The position numbers and the translations under genes are program-made. DNA of 56,991 bases, counting the filler, from Bipalium vagum (Eukaryota): assembly GCA_037834085.1 (NCBI GenBank). It is 3 parts of 3 records of this genome, joined end to end, with 100 filler letters (N's around TTAATTAATTAA, not from the genome) between each part and the next. Parts side by side here need not be neighbours in the genome. Positions count along the whole stretch, not along the records: positions 22,170 to 41,102 come from JBBMKC010015190.1; positions 41,203 to 56,991 come from JBBMKC010145693.1; 1 more part is not named here. One strand, given 5' to 3'. Under the pieces are notes generated by a model. That model did not search any database, had not been told where the DNA came from, and saw only the letters and a program-made list of their open reading frames with translations. Of the stretch, positions 33,307 to 47,328 are shown piece after piece (the first letter of the stretch is position 1; each line of letters starts with the position of its first letter).

Positions 33307-35561
33307 GAAGAACAACTAAGCTGTGACCAAAAGCTGAAGCTTTAAATTGTTAAACTGTTATCTGTACGCTGCCACCAGTGACGATGATTACAAAGGTCGA
33401 TGAGTGACACCAATTATTGATGCTACGATGGAGATACAGACACAGAAGAATAATAACAATAATAAAATATTATTATTATTAAAAATAATAATATTATTAT
33501 TATTGTTGCTGTTGTCCGTAATACCTGAGAAGGACGTGCTTGGTTGTGCCACCGGCCTCAGCGTGCTCGCTATAATCTCTTGAAAGGTGACATCTCTTTT
33601 TAAAGGGCAAAATTAATCTCTTTAAATTTCGCTTGTCAATACCATTTCAATTACCGAAAGTATTGGAAAAGCTGAAAGAAAATAGATTATCTCGATATCC
33701 TTATCTTGTTTATAGCTTTTCTCTTTCTATTCGCGTACTTGCGTTGGTTTGGATAATAAAATTCATCAGTAACAAATATTGTTGGGCTTCGGTGTTGTTG
33801 TAAAGGTCCAAAGAATAATCGTGTAATAATTATAATCATAAATGTTTATAAATTAAACCGTTTACAGATCAAAGTAAAAGAAATGAAATCCAAAATTAAA
33901 ACTAATGATTTTCAAATTTGAATTAGTGAAATACAATTTTAAACAAATGAAATCAAAATATTTGGATTATATTCCGTATGGCTGGCATATTTTTTGTTTA
34001 AAATCATTAAATTCATCAATTTTTTCATTTGAAAAATTTAACATTCTAGAAAATTTTTTCAAAAAAGTAATATAATGATAATATATTAGGCAGTGCAATT
34101 TAAAATAGTTAGTAAAGCTTTAACATGTATTTATATCAAATGTACACACAAATGGTACTCTCAAGATAACAACGATAACATTTTATCAAAGCCTTAAAAA
34201 GAGTCCAAATAGCAATGATAGCAACGAATAAATTGCCAAATAGGCACGAGGAAAAGATGATACTGATCAACAATTTGTCCAATCAAACATTCAAACAATC
34301 CGTCAATAGTCAAATGTTAAAAAAACAAAAACTCAATAATTCAACGATAATATCAAAAAATCAAGTAAAAATAATTAAATAAATAAAAGAAAAATGTTAA
34401 TAAAAACAGTTAATGAAAGAAAAATACCCTACGAGATAAGTCTTGTCCTGCATCCCGAACTATCAGCTGATCCTATGCGGTTGCTCAGAGATGGCCCTCT
34501 GATGGAAAACGGGAACACAATCCCCATGAAAATTCATAGTATACCTGCAATAATATCATTTTTCTCAAATAACAAATATCGAAATTTGCTTTCTTCTTTT
34601 CTGTGCTCTAACACTGAATATCCTTCTCTTCATATTTTATTTTGCTGTGGTTCTTGAATATAAATATTGCGCTTGAATAATATTCAAACTGTTTCTATCA
34701 TCCTTTAAAATTCCTTAACTTATTATTAAAAACCTTTATTATATTTGAAAACCATTTTCAAAAAAATTAATTATTTTGAAGACATAATTACTTATTTTTG
34801 ATTAATTTTTAAAGTAGTCTTAGCTCTTTTCATTTGTACTATTGTTTGTTTTTATTTAATCATAATCATAATCAATTATTAATTATTAATTGTTGTTTTT
34901 AGTATTATTTTGACTCTTTCTAGGGGTCCCCATAATTAACCTTACCCGGGTGATTTATTTCGTAAGTCCAACATTTATAATGATTCATTATTGTTATTTA
35001 TTCATTTGAATTTACTGGTACTTAATCGATCAGCTCATTATGATTTTATACATGTACAGGGTTTCAAAACGAAAGTAGATTTGCAAGTGGCAATTTGTGA
35101 CATTGATTGATACCTGTGAGATAATGTTAAAAGTTTTATATTTTTGTTAATTATTTTTCATGTTTTTAAAGTCAGATTTTGGAATCAGTATATAACAGAC
35201 TTGTTTAATATAAATATGATCCATTTGAAAAGCATAATTTTCAATGAATTTTCTGTAGTACCCATTGAACTACACTAACTATTTTTGGATAAACAAACAG
35301 GTAACAATATTTATAAATTAGTTATACCACTTTTAAAATGCAATTTTTTGATTAAAATTCAATCAAAAAAATATTAAAATTTTTTCAGTTTTATCATTTA
35401 AAAACGTTATATTTTTTTAAGGATGGATAAAAGGAATTAAAAATTAATAAAGATTAAAATCCTTTCATCAATATATTCCCATTTGATTTTATAAATGACC
35501 TTGACTTTTGTTTAATCGCATTATTTATTTCAAATCTTGTATGACCATTTAAATTTTCAAG

Positions 35562-38500
35562 TTAACTGCTCCGTAGTGAGACTTTTACAAACCATGACAG
35601 AACCGTATCTGAACGTCATCAGCTCGGTGAGCAACATGACCAATGTGACATTTCAGTACCAGTACGAGATGTGTCACAATTGTCTCTTCAATAATGTCTC
35701 TGTAACTAGCAGAACTGCTAAAAAGATAAAGCTTATGCCCCACTTCATGATAGATATATTGGTCAAAAATTTTGAAAGGGTGGTTTGCAAGTAATCGATA
35801 CATAACTATAGAGATCATGACTATCTTAACTGATGATATGTTACGAAATAGGGATCACTTTTCGATCAGTGACGACGACATTTATAACTATACCATTGAT
35901 CGACGCCAGGACAGTCAAGGGTCCAATGCCTCTTTCCGGTGCTACCTGGTCAAAGACCGCGACGGCAATATGGACTACCTTCTGCCACTGATCTTCCTGT
36001 TGGTCATCCTATGTCTCTTATCAGTCCTCTGGTACGCCTTCGTCATGATGTACCGCCACCGCTGCTTTCAGAGGATTGGATCCAAACTGTTCCTGTACCA
36101 CGTGGACATCATCGAGGATTTGGGTAATCCCCGACTTTTACAGTCGTCCCCGGTCATGTCGGACGAAGAGAGTGTGAGGTTTTTTGTTTTTCATTTTAAA
36201 TTAATATATCAATTTTTAATAGTTTTAATGTTAAAAGAAAACATTGACTTTGATTTTTATGGATTTTGTTTTTATTTTATATAATTTTATTTGATCCAAT
36301 ATATTTTGTATTGATTATATAAAAGTACTGATTTCATAAACTTTAACTGAGAAATATAAAAATATTATTTTTATCGATTTCCTATTTGTTAATATACAAT
36401 TATTGATTTGTTAATTAATTTTATTGATTGATTGATTTAAAAATATTTTTATTATTGATTTTCATTCATTGATTATTTAAATAATTGATTTTTTTGTTAT
36501 TTTGATATGTAAATAAAAAAGTTGATAATAATTTTATTGATTAATAAAATTTATTATTAAATTTTTGAAAAATTATTTTACCAGGATATCAATTTAATAT
36601 TATGAAATATTATTTTTTGATTCATGAATTAATTTTAAGTTTTTGTTCCGTTTTTATTGATATTCACATTTAATAAATTTCAGTTATTAATAGAGCAATG
36701 ATTAGGTTTTATTATGACCATTGTTTGACTATTATTAATTAATTGAAAATTTTCAACATTTATCGATTGGTTACGACTTAATAAATTAAATAATAACATT
36801 TGTTTTGTGTAATTTTTTATTGATTAGTTTTTGAAAACTATGAGCCCGTTTTTTAAAATTTATTAAACCATTTTGCCTAAATGGAAATATCATCATTCAT
36901 TGGCTGATTTATAAAAAAAATCGGCGAATGACGGTGAGCCTCATACATTTGGAGAATAATTAGAATTTGATTTCGTTAACAAAAATGTGACCGGATAATT
37001 AGGTCTCAGTTTTATTTTCCTTGATTTTTATTGCAGACAATTTTGCAATATTTTTTTCCTTTCGGTTCGTTTTTTCTCAAGTTTTCTTTTAATTTTAAAA
37101 TCTTTTTAAAGACGGGACTGCGTTGACAATTTTCGGATCTATTAAATATGATAATCACGTTATGTAGCCAATTAAATCTGACAATCAATAGACAAAAATT
37201 TGATTAAATGATTCTTCTGTAAATCAATCTAGAAACATAAATTCAATTAAGAGATCTTCCCTTTTATTTTCATCAATTCCTTGCCTGTCTTTGATTTTTC
37301 TTTTTATTTTAGTATTAAATCTTTCCACATTTTGTGTATGACCCCTGTTTCTGGGTCAAAAATAGTAATTGTGAACAATAGAATGATGTGTATATTCTGA
37401 ATCTGTTTTACCTAAGGCAAAACAAAATCGAGCTTCAGCTGTATATATTGTCGAATCGAATTTAACTATTTTTTGATTATTGGCAAAATGGTACACGCTC
37501 TTTTATAGGATATAATTTCAGCTTATTTCCTTTCTGGTTTAAAGGATGTGTCTACAATGGGTGAAATATACGTTCTTCCTCTATGGGCTTTAACGTTGTA
37601 GTTTATTTTGATCCCATTACACTGCGCTATTGTATCTGAACCACGTAATCTAATTGGACTATTTTTCCAATATTGTTTTATCTGTTTTATTAAAAAGGTC
37701 TGACGTCGAATATATAGTGGAGCAGATAGATCCATTTAAATACTTTTATGTAACCAATTAAGTCTGCCAATTACAAAGTGATGCTATTAAATCTCACAAT
37801 CACGTTGTGTTACCCATTAAATCTGACACTCGTGTGATTGCCATCAGACTTGATAGATCCCAATATTTTCTCCAATAGAATTATATGAAAATTCATATTT
37901 GCACTTTTCGAAAGGGAAAAATATAAATAATAATATAAAAATAATACAAATGATCCTTTTGCTATTTAAAATTTCTTTATAAAATCTTCATTAGAAATCA
38001 AAATATTTTCAGCTGAGACAATTTAAAAAGGAATACAACATGGAACAACCCCCATCGATATGTGCAGCTCTTCACCTCAGTCTTAAATCAGACCTGTAAG
38101 ACCAGCTGTATTTGTTTGTTTTTTTGGCAATCTTGTTGAAAAATAATTTTTGCAAATGTCCCTTTTCCTGGAATGGAGAACCTGATAATTTTATTTTAAA
38201 AAACCGATCAATATTTTATTTGCATTTTTACATTATATATTGTATTGATTAAATTTTAAAAGTAAAGATTTATTGATTATATTTAAATTTTTAGTGTTAC
38301 ACTATTAAATTTGTTAGATTATTAAAATGAAAATTATTGATATGACGATTGAAAAAATTAAAAATTCTCAAAGTGTGATCTTGTGAGCCGCTGAAACTGA
38401 TTCTAAATTAATTTCCATTAATAAATCAACATGCTTTCAAAATATATATTCGATTACATTTTGAATTATATAAACAAATCAATTTTTTAAAATAATTTAA

Positions 38501-40128
38501 TTATTTCAATAATTAAATCATTTTCTTAAACAACTAATTAATATTTAACTCACATTGATGATCATGATTTTTGAATTATTGGAAAATCCCTTAATACACC
38601 AATGTACACTTTCCAGGCAGCAAAGTCGTTGGCGCGCAAAAGAATCAAAAGCATCGATACTTTCCGAGGGATTTCCGTTGTGTTGATGATCTTCGTGGAT
38701 TATGGCGGCGGGAAGTACTGGTTCATAGAGCACTCCACCTGGAATGGGCTGACAGTCGCCGATCTTGTGTTCCCCTGGTTCGTTTTCATCATGGGAGTCA
38801 CTGTGGCTCTGACCACGTTCAAGTAATTTTATGAGACTTTTCCTTTTCAGTTTGGTTTCTGTGCTTAAACGTAACATGTTAGCCTTCATCGATTCCCAGT
38901 GAATTCATCCATTGAACTTTGGTTCCAATAAAATGAACCTGACAAAAATTTTGAAAATTTTGCTGCAGCAAACAAAATGAATAAAAATCAGGAAAGATAA
39001 AAAAATACAATATAATAAAAAACTGACATTTTTAAAAATTTTAAAAAGCTATCAATAATAATTTTAGAAAAAAAAATTTTAAAAAATATAAAAAAATAAA
39101 AATAATTGAAAAACAAAAATTTTTAAAAAAAGTAAAAACACATTTTAAAAAGATTTGAGAAACAGCCTTCAGCAAGACCATTAAAACAATAAAACATTAT
39201 TTATTTTTGAAAAAATATTATTTAAATATTTATGTACCCAGNNNNNNNNNNNNNNNNNNNNNNNNNNNNNNNNNNNNNNNNNNNNNNNNNNNNNNNNNNN
39301 NNNNNNNNNNNNNNNNNNNNNNNNNNNNNNNNNNNNNNNNNNNNNNNNNNNNNNNNNNNNNNNNNNNNNNATTACTATTATCAATGTACGATGATTTTGG
39401 ATTGCTGGTTTCGTCAGGTTGAGCCTGAACAAGAAGAAAAAAACCCGGTGGTATCCCCTCCAGTGTTGGTTGCGATCTGTTAAAAGGTCGGTCATTTTGT
39501 TCCTCATCGGATTGGGGCTGGAAAATCCGACTTGTCAGTTAAGCACGTTGCGGATCATGGGACCCCTGCAGCGGTTGGCGATAGCTTATTTCTGTTTGCT
39601 CACCGCCGTATTTGCTGCCACGATGTTTCAGAGGGTCGCCAAAATCACATCGATGCACGGCGACAGCAACCTCCTTCTCACGTCCAATGAGATCAGTTCC
39701 ATGAACACGGTATACAAATGCTTCGAACTCCGACCCATGTTCCCCGACATCGTAAAATCGTTTCCCTACATTGTCATCAGTTGTGGTAAGAGATCGATTT
39801 TACCTTTGCCACGGCTCAATATGGACAGATCACCGACAAATTTAATTTGTTGACAGGGCTGCTGATTGCCCATGGCTGCATCTCATTGCTGGTGGGCTTC
39901 GATGGCTGTCCCAAGGGTTACTTGGGTCCGGGTGGTATTGGGGACCTTGGCTGCTGTCAGAACTGCACTGGGGGCATAGCGGGTTATATCGATCGATACG
40001 TCATGACCGAGAACCATTTGTACCAGTCTCCCACCGTTCGCAAATTTTATGGCCCCACTCCGGCTTTCGATCCAGAGGGCATCCTCGGAAACTTGACTTG
40101 CACCGCTCTCTGCTTCATTGGATATTGG
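35562..40128 (+). CDS. HGSNAT: Heparan-alpha-glucosaminide N-acetyltransferase (HGSNAT/TMEM76) homolog, partial (start unresolved, 3' exons beyond the scaffold end)
   Basis: Exons 35562-35790, 35852-36173, 38617-38822, 39418-39785, 39857-40128 with consistent phases (2,0,2,1). Motifs: luminal CHNC, first TM helix, [47 protein letters not shown] (includes the conserved active-site His), [41 protein letters not shown]. Confidence 0.94.
37748..37855. repeat. Degenerate ~30-nt minisatellite in an HGSNAT intron, with a further copy at 37151-37188
   Basis: Units resemble GTGTTACCCATTAAATCTGACACTCAC. Confidence 0.6.
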
Positions 40129-40525
40129 GTAAGTAAGTGTGCGATGATGGTTACTTTTGATTGGTTAAAAGTCCATTTTATTTTATTTGTTGTTTTATTA
40201 TTATTATTTATTCATATATTTTATTGATTATTATAATTATTTAATTATTATAATTTATTTATTTTTTTAATTGATTTTTTGAAGTATTTTATAATAATGT
40301 TTAATATTTATTTTTTTACTGTTTTTTTATATTTTAAATAGTATTATCAACATTTTAATTATTGTTTCATTTCTTTTTTAATAATATTTTATAATTTTAT
40401 TTATATTATTATAATTTTTTATTGTTACTTTATATTTTTGACTTTTTCAATTAAATTTACTTTATTGGCTGGTTTTTAATATTTTATTTATTATTTTTTA
40501 TTAATATTTATGAATATATATTTTA

Positions 40526-40528
<3 letters not shown>

Positions 40529-40556
<28 letters not shown>
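40529..40556. repeat. (AT)n microsatellite
   Basis: Direct inspection. Confidence 0.9.
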
Positions 40557-40557
<1 letters not shown>

Positions 40558-41030
40558 CTTATTTTGTAGTGAATTTATTTTATCTATGTTTCATTTTGAT
40601 TTTTTCTTTTATTACTTCACAGTATTATTTTGATTATTTCTTTTTTATTTTAAATTATTTATTTATTTTATTGATTTTTTAAAAATAATTTTTTTTATTA
40701 ACGATGTTGACCCTAACTTAAATATTTAATATTTTCTCTCTGTTCCGCATTTGGTTCTTTATTCTTTGACCGGGTAAATATTTCCGTTGGTGTAGAACCA
40801 AAAGTTTCTCTTTCAGAAACCGAAAATTTTTCAGTATGAGAATATTTAAACAAATCATCACCATTTCCGGTGAATTAACGAAATCGATTTTAAAAATAAA
40901 AGCACATGATCAATATTAATCAATAAAATAATATTTGGAAAACTTTTTTTATCACATTAGATCAACGTATAATCAATAAGTGAGATTGAAATAGGAAGAG
41001 AAATACTTCCAACAATATATATATGAATTT

Positions 41031-41032
<2 letters not shown>

Positions 41033-41102
<70 letters not shown>
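41033..41102. repeat. (AAT)n microsatellite at the scaffold end
   Basis: Direct inspection. Probably the cause of the assembly break. Confidence 0.95.
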
Positions 41103-41202
41103 NNNNNNNNNNNNNNNNNNNNNNNNNNNNNNNNNNNNNNNNNNNNTTAATTAATTAANNNNNNNNNNNNNNNNNNNNNNNNNNNNNNNNNNNNNNNNNN
41201 NN
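41103..41202. other. Artificial scaffold-concatenation spacer (44 N + TTAATTAATTAA + 44 N)
   Basis: 12-mer at 41147-41158. The genes on both sides (HGSNAT, protocadherin) are incomplete at this point. Confidence 0.97.
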
Positions 41203-41745
41203 AAGAAATGCTTATAAAACATATAAATACATGTATTCATTATTCCTAATGTAAAAACATTTGAAATTCTGTTATTTCTAGATAGAATATTTCAAAATTA
41301 CAAGTGCGGCTAAGATTATGAAATGCACTGTAGTACTGTCCTCAAATACAGAGCCAAATTTAGGCACGGTCTGTCGAGTGTGTTTGTACTTAAACGTTGA
41401 CTCATTTCATGTAATATATTAATATTCTATCATTTCCTCCAATACACTGAAAGTCATTTTTTGTTAAATTTATTTTACTTTGATTAATATTTCTAGAAGA
41501 AAACAGGAACCATAATAATAATAATTATTATTATTAATATAAAAAAAATTAATTTAATTATACTAATTTTTTAAAGTCTGATATCACATTTTTATCATAT
41601 CACTTTATCATTTCTGTAAAATTTATTCCAACCCTTTCGTTATTATTTTGCAAATTTATTTTTAATCTCAATCTTGATTATGTATTATCATTATTTTATA
41701 AACATAATTATTTCGTTGAACATAATTTCGATAAACATATTTCAC

Positions 41746-43406
41746 CTTGAACTTAAAACCATCGGGATTGAGCTCTCGGTCCAATTGAGTCGTGGCAAAG
41801 ATGCTACCTTTCTGGTCAATTCGAAAGAGCTGCTTTAGAAATTCTGATGACTCCATAAAATATTCAACTTGGCCGTTTTTGCCAACATCCTGATCTGTGA
41901 CATAAACATCTCCTACTTTTGAATTTGGCACATTTTCTTCTCTTATCTACAATAATAATTAGTAAGGGAAATCTTCAGTCTAAAATCATTAGCAACTTGA
42001 TATTTATAAAGCTTTTGAGAAAATCTAGGCTGGTTGTCATTTATATCTGATATATTAACTGTAATTAATTTTTTACTCGATTTTACCGGATTTCCTTTGT
42101 CATGACACAAAATTTGGGTATGTATATTAGACTCAATCTCTCGATCAAACGTTCGAACAGAGATCAATTGATAAATGCTTATTTGATCCAAGGACTTGTA
42201 GAAATTCATTGAAAAACTATTTGTCAGGCTTAGACTACAGTTAAACTTTCCGCCATCGCCTGTATCTGTGTCTGATACGGTAATAGTAGTGACAAGTTTA
42301 TTAGGAGGCTCGTTCTCAGGGATTTCAAGAATACTGTTATTATCATCGTCTGATCTCGGAAGTATATTGATAATTATATTTGGAGCTTGATCGTTGACGT
42401 CTTTTATTTCGATAAGTATAATAGCAGTTGAAGACAACGCTGGACTACCTCCATCAATAGCCACTACAATAAACTCAAATAAATATTTTCCTGTGTCGTA
42501 ATCAATATTTTTCTCGACTAAGATTTTTCCAGTAGTCTTTTCAATAGAAAATGTATTTTTCACGTCCTCTGGTGTGGCTATAGAAAAATGGTAGGCAATT
42601 TCTCCAAATTTTCCGGAATCAGCATCCGTAGCGTTCGGCTGAATTGGAAGATAAGTTGAAACTGGGAAATTTTCATATATAGAAATACGATAAGTCGACT
42701 TTTCAAAAACCGGATTATTATCATTCTGATCAGCTATTTCTATAAACATAACCACTGTACCAGTGTGATAAGGTCTTGACCCATCCACTGCTGCTAATGT
42801 TAGATTATAATTCTTTACCGTCTCTCTATCCAAATTAGCTTTTATCACAAGTTTCGGAATAATTCCATTAGGGCTCTGTTGGATTTTCAATTCGAATTCA
42901 ACAATATTAGGCGTTACTAATTCGTATCTTTCGATACCATTGGTATTGGTATCTTTATCAATAGCTAAGGGTAAATCGACTTCCATGTTTATAGGTGAAT
43001 TTTCTGCAATAGACACGGTTGGAACAATGGGCCAAAAGGGTTTATTATCATTTAAATCATTTATTACAATTCTCAAACTGATAATGTTGGAATTACTTAA
43101 CCAAATAACGTTTGTTAGACTACATACATCTGGATAACCATTGTCGGAACAGAGATTTGTGTCATTATCCCTATCCAAAACATTTTGAACAAAAACATCT
43201 CCCTGTTTCGTTAAACGAAAATAAACAGAATTAAATGGAAGAAAAGTGATTTGTGAATCGTTTATTTTAAGTTCATTGCGAAGGTTTGTGACTTTTTTCC
43301 CAATAGAAGTATTTTCATCAACTGAAATTGTCAAAATACTGGATTCCAGAGATTGAGATTTTTTATAATTGCAACAAAAATATAAAAATAAGAATAATAA
43401 ATTCAT
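41746..43406 (-). CDS. Protocadherin-like cadherin, exons 1-2 (signal peptide, EC1-EC4 and most of EC5); 3' part beyond the scaffold end
   Basis: Exon 1 43406-41997, a 50-nt GT..AG intron, then exon 2 41946-41746. Hydrophobic signal peptide. Repeated cadherin Ca-binding motifs (LDRD/LDRE, DLNDNKP, DQNDNNP, DVNDQAP, DINDNQP, AxDGG). EC1 has the protocadherin-type LDRD...LC..(x8)..C motif. Most of the ectodomain sits in one large exon. Confidence 0.93.
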
Positions 43407-45169
43407 AATTATGAAAATGAATAAATAAAATTTTCAATAAACTTGTGGGATTATTTGAAAAACAAATGCATAATAATATAAATAAGCCAATCAAAGGTTG
43501 TTAAAAGATTAAAAATATTTTGATTGGTTAAATTATTTAGATAAAATCAGGATATATATTTTTGAATTTTTTGCATTATTTAAACATGATTTTTATCTTA
43601 AATGATTCTTTTATTTTTAAAAAAAATATTTTTATAAAAGAAATTTGAAAGGAAAATTATCAATTTAAGATATTGTTTATGAAATAATTTTTTCTACCGT
43701 CAGTAGGATATTTCCAAGAAATTTGGCCTATGAATGAATATGAGTTTTATAATCTTAATCTTTTATAATTCATTAATTTATTTTTTACATTGAATCTTTA
43801 AGCTAGAAAACTGTGTATCTTTTTACCCGATTTTTTAATGTCAAAGAGGCAAACATTCTTTTAGGCATTTTATTGCTGTATGACCTTAATTATAAGATTG
43901 GTCTAATTTTTTGATATTTTGTCACTCAAAACATTTCCCAACAAATTCTTCCTTTAAAACAAATTATCGAAATATAAAAATATTTCAAAAATTATTTTCA
44001 CATTTGATTCTATTGGAAACCTTAAAAATAAAATTTTTAATTAAATTGAAATATATATTTTAACAAACTATATTTAAAGTAAATAAATAATTAATTTAAT
44101 AATTTACTCTTTACAAGTTTTCATTTTTTACAAAGCATAAATTATTTGAAGTTTTATTTTTATTATTATTTATTTTACAACTTATTTTAATTAATTAACT
44201 AAAATAATTAAATTAAAATAATGTTTAGTTTTTTTTAGTTTATTCGATTTTATTTTAATTGATTAATTTAAGTAGAACAATTTTCTTCCAAAAATTGTAA
44301 TTATTCATACAAAAGAAAATCAAAATATTTTATTAATTAATTACTTAACTTATCAAACTACATTATCAATAATCTATAAATCCGCAAGTTGTTCTTATCA
44401 ATTTATTATTAATACAATATTTGATTTGATTAAAAAAATCAATAAAAACTGTTCGTATCCGATTAAACAACAATTATTAAATTGTAAATATTGTTTATTT
44501 TATTTGTCTAATTTTTAAAGGGGAGCACTGTTTTAAAATCCCTTTTCATAAAATTTGTTTCCAAAGCTTTGAAAAAAAACATAACACTTTGTCTCTCAAA
44601 CCATTATGTACTATATCCTAGTTTTGCTTTCAATGCTATTTTATGTTTCCTTTTTCCTTTAGGTCAGGATTCATTTTATCAACTTTTGCTAATGGAAATA
44701 ATTGTACTGATCACATTGATGCTCTACTTTGGGCAGTCTAGCTTTCTGTCAGTTACATTTACAAATGAATATCAATATATTAATTAATTTTAATATATTT
44801 AAAATGACAATATTTTTAACGGAAAGTTCATTTTTAAAAACATAAAAATCAGTCGATTAAATATTTTTTAAACATAAAAATTATTTTTTATTAAAATTAA
44901 AATTATAATTTATAATTATTATATTTATTATTACATTTACTCCATTTAAAAGGAGTCATTTAATAAATTTAATTTTAATTTAGTTAAGTCGTTTTATTTC
45001 TAATTAACTATTTTTTAATTTTGAATAAATTTAAATTTTGAAATGACAAATCTTTCAGCATACCAAAATCAGACACCAGCCATCATGCGGAAACAAGAAA
45101 CTGTTTCTTCATCGATTCATCTGAGGAGATGAGAAAATGTGTTTGTATTCAAACTTGGAGCACAGGGAA

Positions 45170-45670
45170 GAGCGATTGACATAGGCTTACACTGCAACAT
45201 TAAACAAGATTTGCATCACAAGAAAATTATGATCTCTAATCAGTAGAATTTTGACCACTCCTATAAATTAGAAAATTATCCAGAAAAACCAAACAGTCAA
45301 TCATAACTTATACATGAATCAATTGTGTCAAATAAATGACATTATGAAAGATAAAAGATAAGAAAAACGAGTCATTGTTCTCCATGATAACTCGAAACTA
45401 CACACATTATATATTGTCAAAACAATCCTCCAAGTACGAGACTAAAAGGTTTTTTCACCACTCTCCATATTTCCTAGATTTTCAGCCAATAAATATATAC
45501 CTTCCTCTCGTTTTCTAACCAAATAAAACAGAATAAGGAGGACCTTTAAAAATTGTCAAGTTTCTTTTTTTACTATGTATATGGATTTCTAGAATCACAG
45601 TTTCTACAAATTGGTGGTAAGATTGGAGAAAGTCTCATACATATAATGATAGAAATTACATTATCAATTG
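45170..45670 (+). mobile_element. Mariner transposase 3' remnant
   Basis: YMNQLCQINDIMKDKR*EKRVIVLHDNSKLH...HSPYFLDFQP. Confidence 0.7.
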
Positions 45671-45715
45671 ATGTTTTACTATTATTTGTGAACAAATCGC
45701 TTTATTGCTTATAAA

Positions 45716-46540
45716 TATAGGCGGTGCAAACAAATCGTTTTAAAAATAATTAAAGCAAATTGATAAACATTTAATTAAACTTAACAAATATGATTTGTAT
45801 TACACTGGATAACATATGCAGAATGTTTTTACAAACGTTCTGCATTCTTCTTGCATTATAATCGGGGTCAGAGTATAGACAAATTGGTTGATATTTTCTA
45901 TGTCCAGCAGAAAGTTTTCAAATTTAGTGTTTCAGCGATAAGTTTTGAAATTCTGAACACGAAGCGATCTAGCAGATTTAGATCAGATGAGTAAACAGGT
46001 TGCTTAAATAAGAAGAAAAAGAAGGAAGAACTTAGTTGAAATTTATGGATGTGCATCTACCATATTTTTTTGTCTGAGACATACCTAAATTCACATTGCA
46101 TACATTTTTGATAAATTTTTGATAAATTCCATGTATCTTTCATACATAGGGTTCATACATTGACTATATTTGAGTAATTAAAGTTGCACAACATAATCAA
46201 ATGAAATGTTTTCGACATATTTTGCTTCATGAAACCATTAGCTGTGTAGGTTCCACTTCCTCTTATTATTGAGATCAGAGGAAAGATCAAATTAAACCAA
46301 ATTTTCGTCAGTTATGTAAAAATTCTTCCTCGAAAATATCGATAGGCATTAATATATATCACGTTTTCGATATCATACACTTAAATATAAATGTAAACAA
46401 AAAGAGAAATTTAATCAAACCTTTAAGAATTATATAGATTTTATTTATATTAAAAGTACCTATTCAATATACAAAAATATTAGAAATAAAAATATGGGAC
46501 AATTTTTTTTCTTAAGAAGGCATTTTTTTGTGCGCCTATT
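45716..46540 (-). mobile_element. Putative Tc1/mariner-family deleted element
   Basis: Imperfect terminal inverted pair ATAGGCGGTGCAAACAAAT / ATTTTTTTGTGCGCCTAT, and a minus-strand DLNLLDRFVF similar to SPDLNPLD.F. Confidence 0.4.
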
Positions 46541-47270
46541 CTTATCATTCGAGATTGTGAACATTTTAATCACAGCCCAATAAATAACCAATTTTACAAA
46601 GAATTATATCTATTCTAATGATTATTTATGGAAAATGTATTTCTTAAAACAAAAATCTTATGTTTATATATTATATTATATATTTACATTTTCTGTATTT
46701 ATTATAATATCCATTATAATGTGGGGTTTTAAAATAGGTTTTTATTATTTTTTATTTCCCACAAACTTAACTCTATCTAAATTCTCAATTTATGATTTGT
46801 TCTATATTTTAACTTTTCTTTAACTTCTCCGACTTTTCAAATAATATTAATGAAGCATATATTTACTTTAATAAATAATTAAAAGAAAATTAAAATAATT
46901 CAATTCAGGAAAATCGAGTAGTTATGAAAATTTAGATGAAAACTTTTGTCGTTCACCTCTGTCATATCAAAATTAATTTTTAATTATCAAATAATTGTGA
47001 TAAAAATTATGTCTGAAATGCTCTCTGAAACTAATGTTGAGCTAGGATTATAAAAGAATTTTATATTTCAATAATTTCTTATTTACTTTCTTGAATTTTA
47101 ATATTTATATTTTATCTAAAGATGATAGCATAGTGAAAATAATCTCACTTATTTACTTTTCATCAATTTCTTTTATTTTGATACGTGGTACACCAGTTTT
47201 GTTTTGAAAATAAAATAGAAATAGTTCACAAATCGTACTTTTATTTTAAGAAAATAATGTAAACGTATAT

Positions 47271-47272
<2 letters not shown>

Positions 47273-47327
<55 letters not shown>
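47273..47327. repeat. (AAT)n microsatellite
   Basis: Direct inspection. Confidence 0.95.

Positions 47328-47328
<1 letters not shown>

Noticed and set aside
31864-33345. Overlapping antisense and alternate-frame ORFs (157, 147, 122, 89, 77, 71 aa) over the P450
   Set aside because: Shadow ORFs expected from GC3-rich codon usage; no recognisable domains.
35791-35851. U12-like branch sequence TCTTAAC in an HGSNAT intron (and TCCCTTAAT near 38587)
   Set aside because: The donors are GTAATC and GTGAGG, not RTATCCTT, so these are U2-type introns.
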